64,000 nucleotides of DNA from Alphaproteobacteria bacterium. Its GTDB lineage: Bacteria; Pseudomonadota; Alphaproteobacteria; MPNO01; UBA830. Positions 63,793-64,000 of this stretch are shown here, in pieces; within the stretch, counting starts at the first letter, position 1, and every line of letters starts with the position of its first letter. The DNA lies in assembly GCA_964291215.2 (NCBI GenBank), contig OZ219791.1, positions 3,136,001-3,200,000 of the forward strand. The letters are read 5' to 3'. The notes below the pieces were generated by a model. It saw only the letters and a program-made list of their open reading frames with translations. It made no database searches and was not told the origin of the DNA. A program made the position numbers and the translations under genes.

Positions 63793-64000
63793 GCGAGCGG
63801 CAACGACTGCACCGGTACATCATCACCTCGCTCGATGCGCAACACGCGTCGTCAGAGGAACTGCTGCGGCCGCGGGCCGTGGAAAACATGAACCACCGAG
63901 ACTGCGTCTTCGGCGAGGACGCCTGCCTGACCCGCAAACCGCGCCAGCCTCGACAACATCGCGCTCGCGGTGATCTTCGCCAACCGACGCGAGAGCCTCG
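63793..64000 (+). mobile_element. ISAs1-family transposase remnant (runs off window)
   Basis: YIITSL..ENMNH..FGEDACLTR; reverse complement of about 39560-39735. Confidence 0.8.

Overview
High-GC alphaproteobacterial chromosome window; the proS-lolC/E-lolD-dnaE gene order supports this assignment. Intact blocks: an NCS2 permease with an extra C-terminal domain, a sugar-type ABC/LacI catabolic cluster, a ThDP enzyme plus cupin, prpDBC, proS, lolCE-D and dnaE. These alternate with dense graveyards of IS remnants (IS4, IS5, IS30, IS66, IS110, IS256, IS1634, ISAs1, ISKra4, ISNCY-like), an eroded integrative-element region (about 20.5-30.5 kb), several toxin-antitoxin/defence genes and a disrupted type I R-M locus. 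The most notable system is a set of IS66-family elements carrying a DNA adenine methyltransferase. One 2288-bp element (TIRs plus 8-bp TSD) keeps an intact, apparently TRD-less Dam-like MTase although its transposase is broken. A related lineage is present in four copies with a truncated MTase; three copies have verified 8-bp TSDs and two sit in the R-M locus. Also notable: DUF4338 (DruA-like) carried by two unrelated IS families, copy-specific 6-15 bp micro-deletion erosion of neutral DNA, a flipped hairpin loop in IS30 ends, serine-integrase att sites in front of dnaE, and a MITE between two LacI-type operators. All family assignments come from motif recognition by eye; no database search was run.
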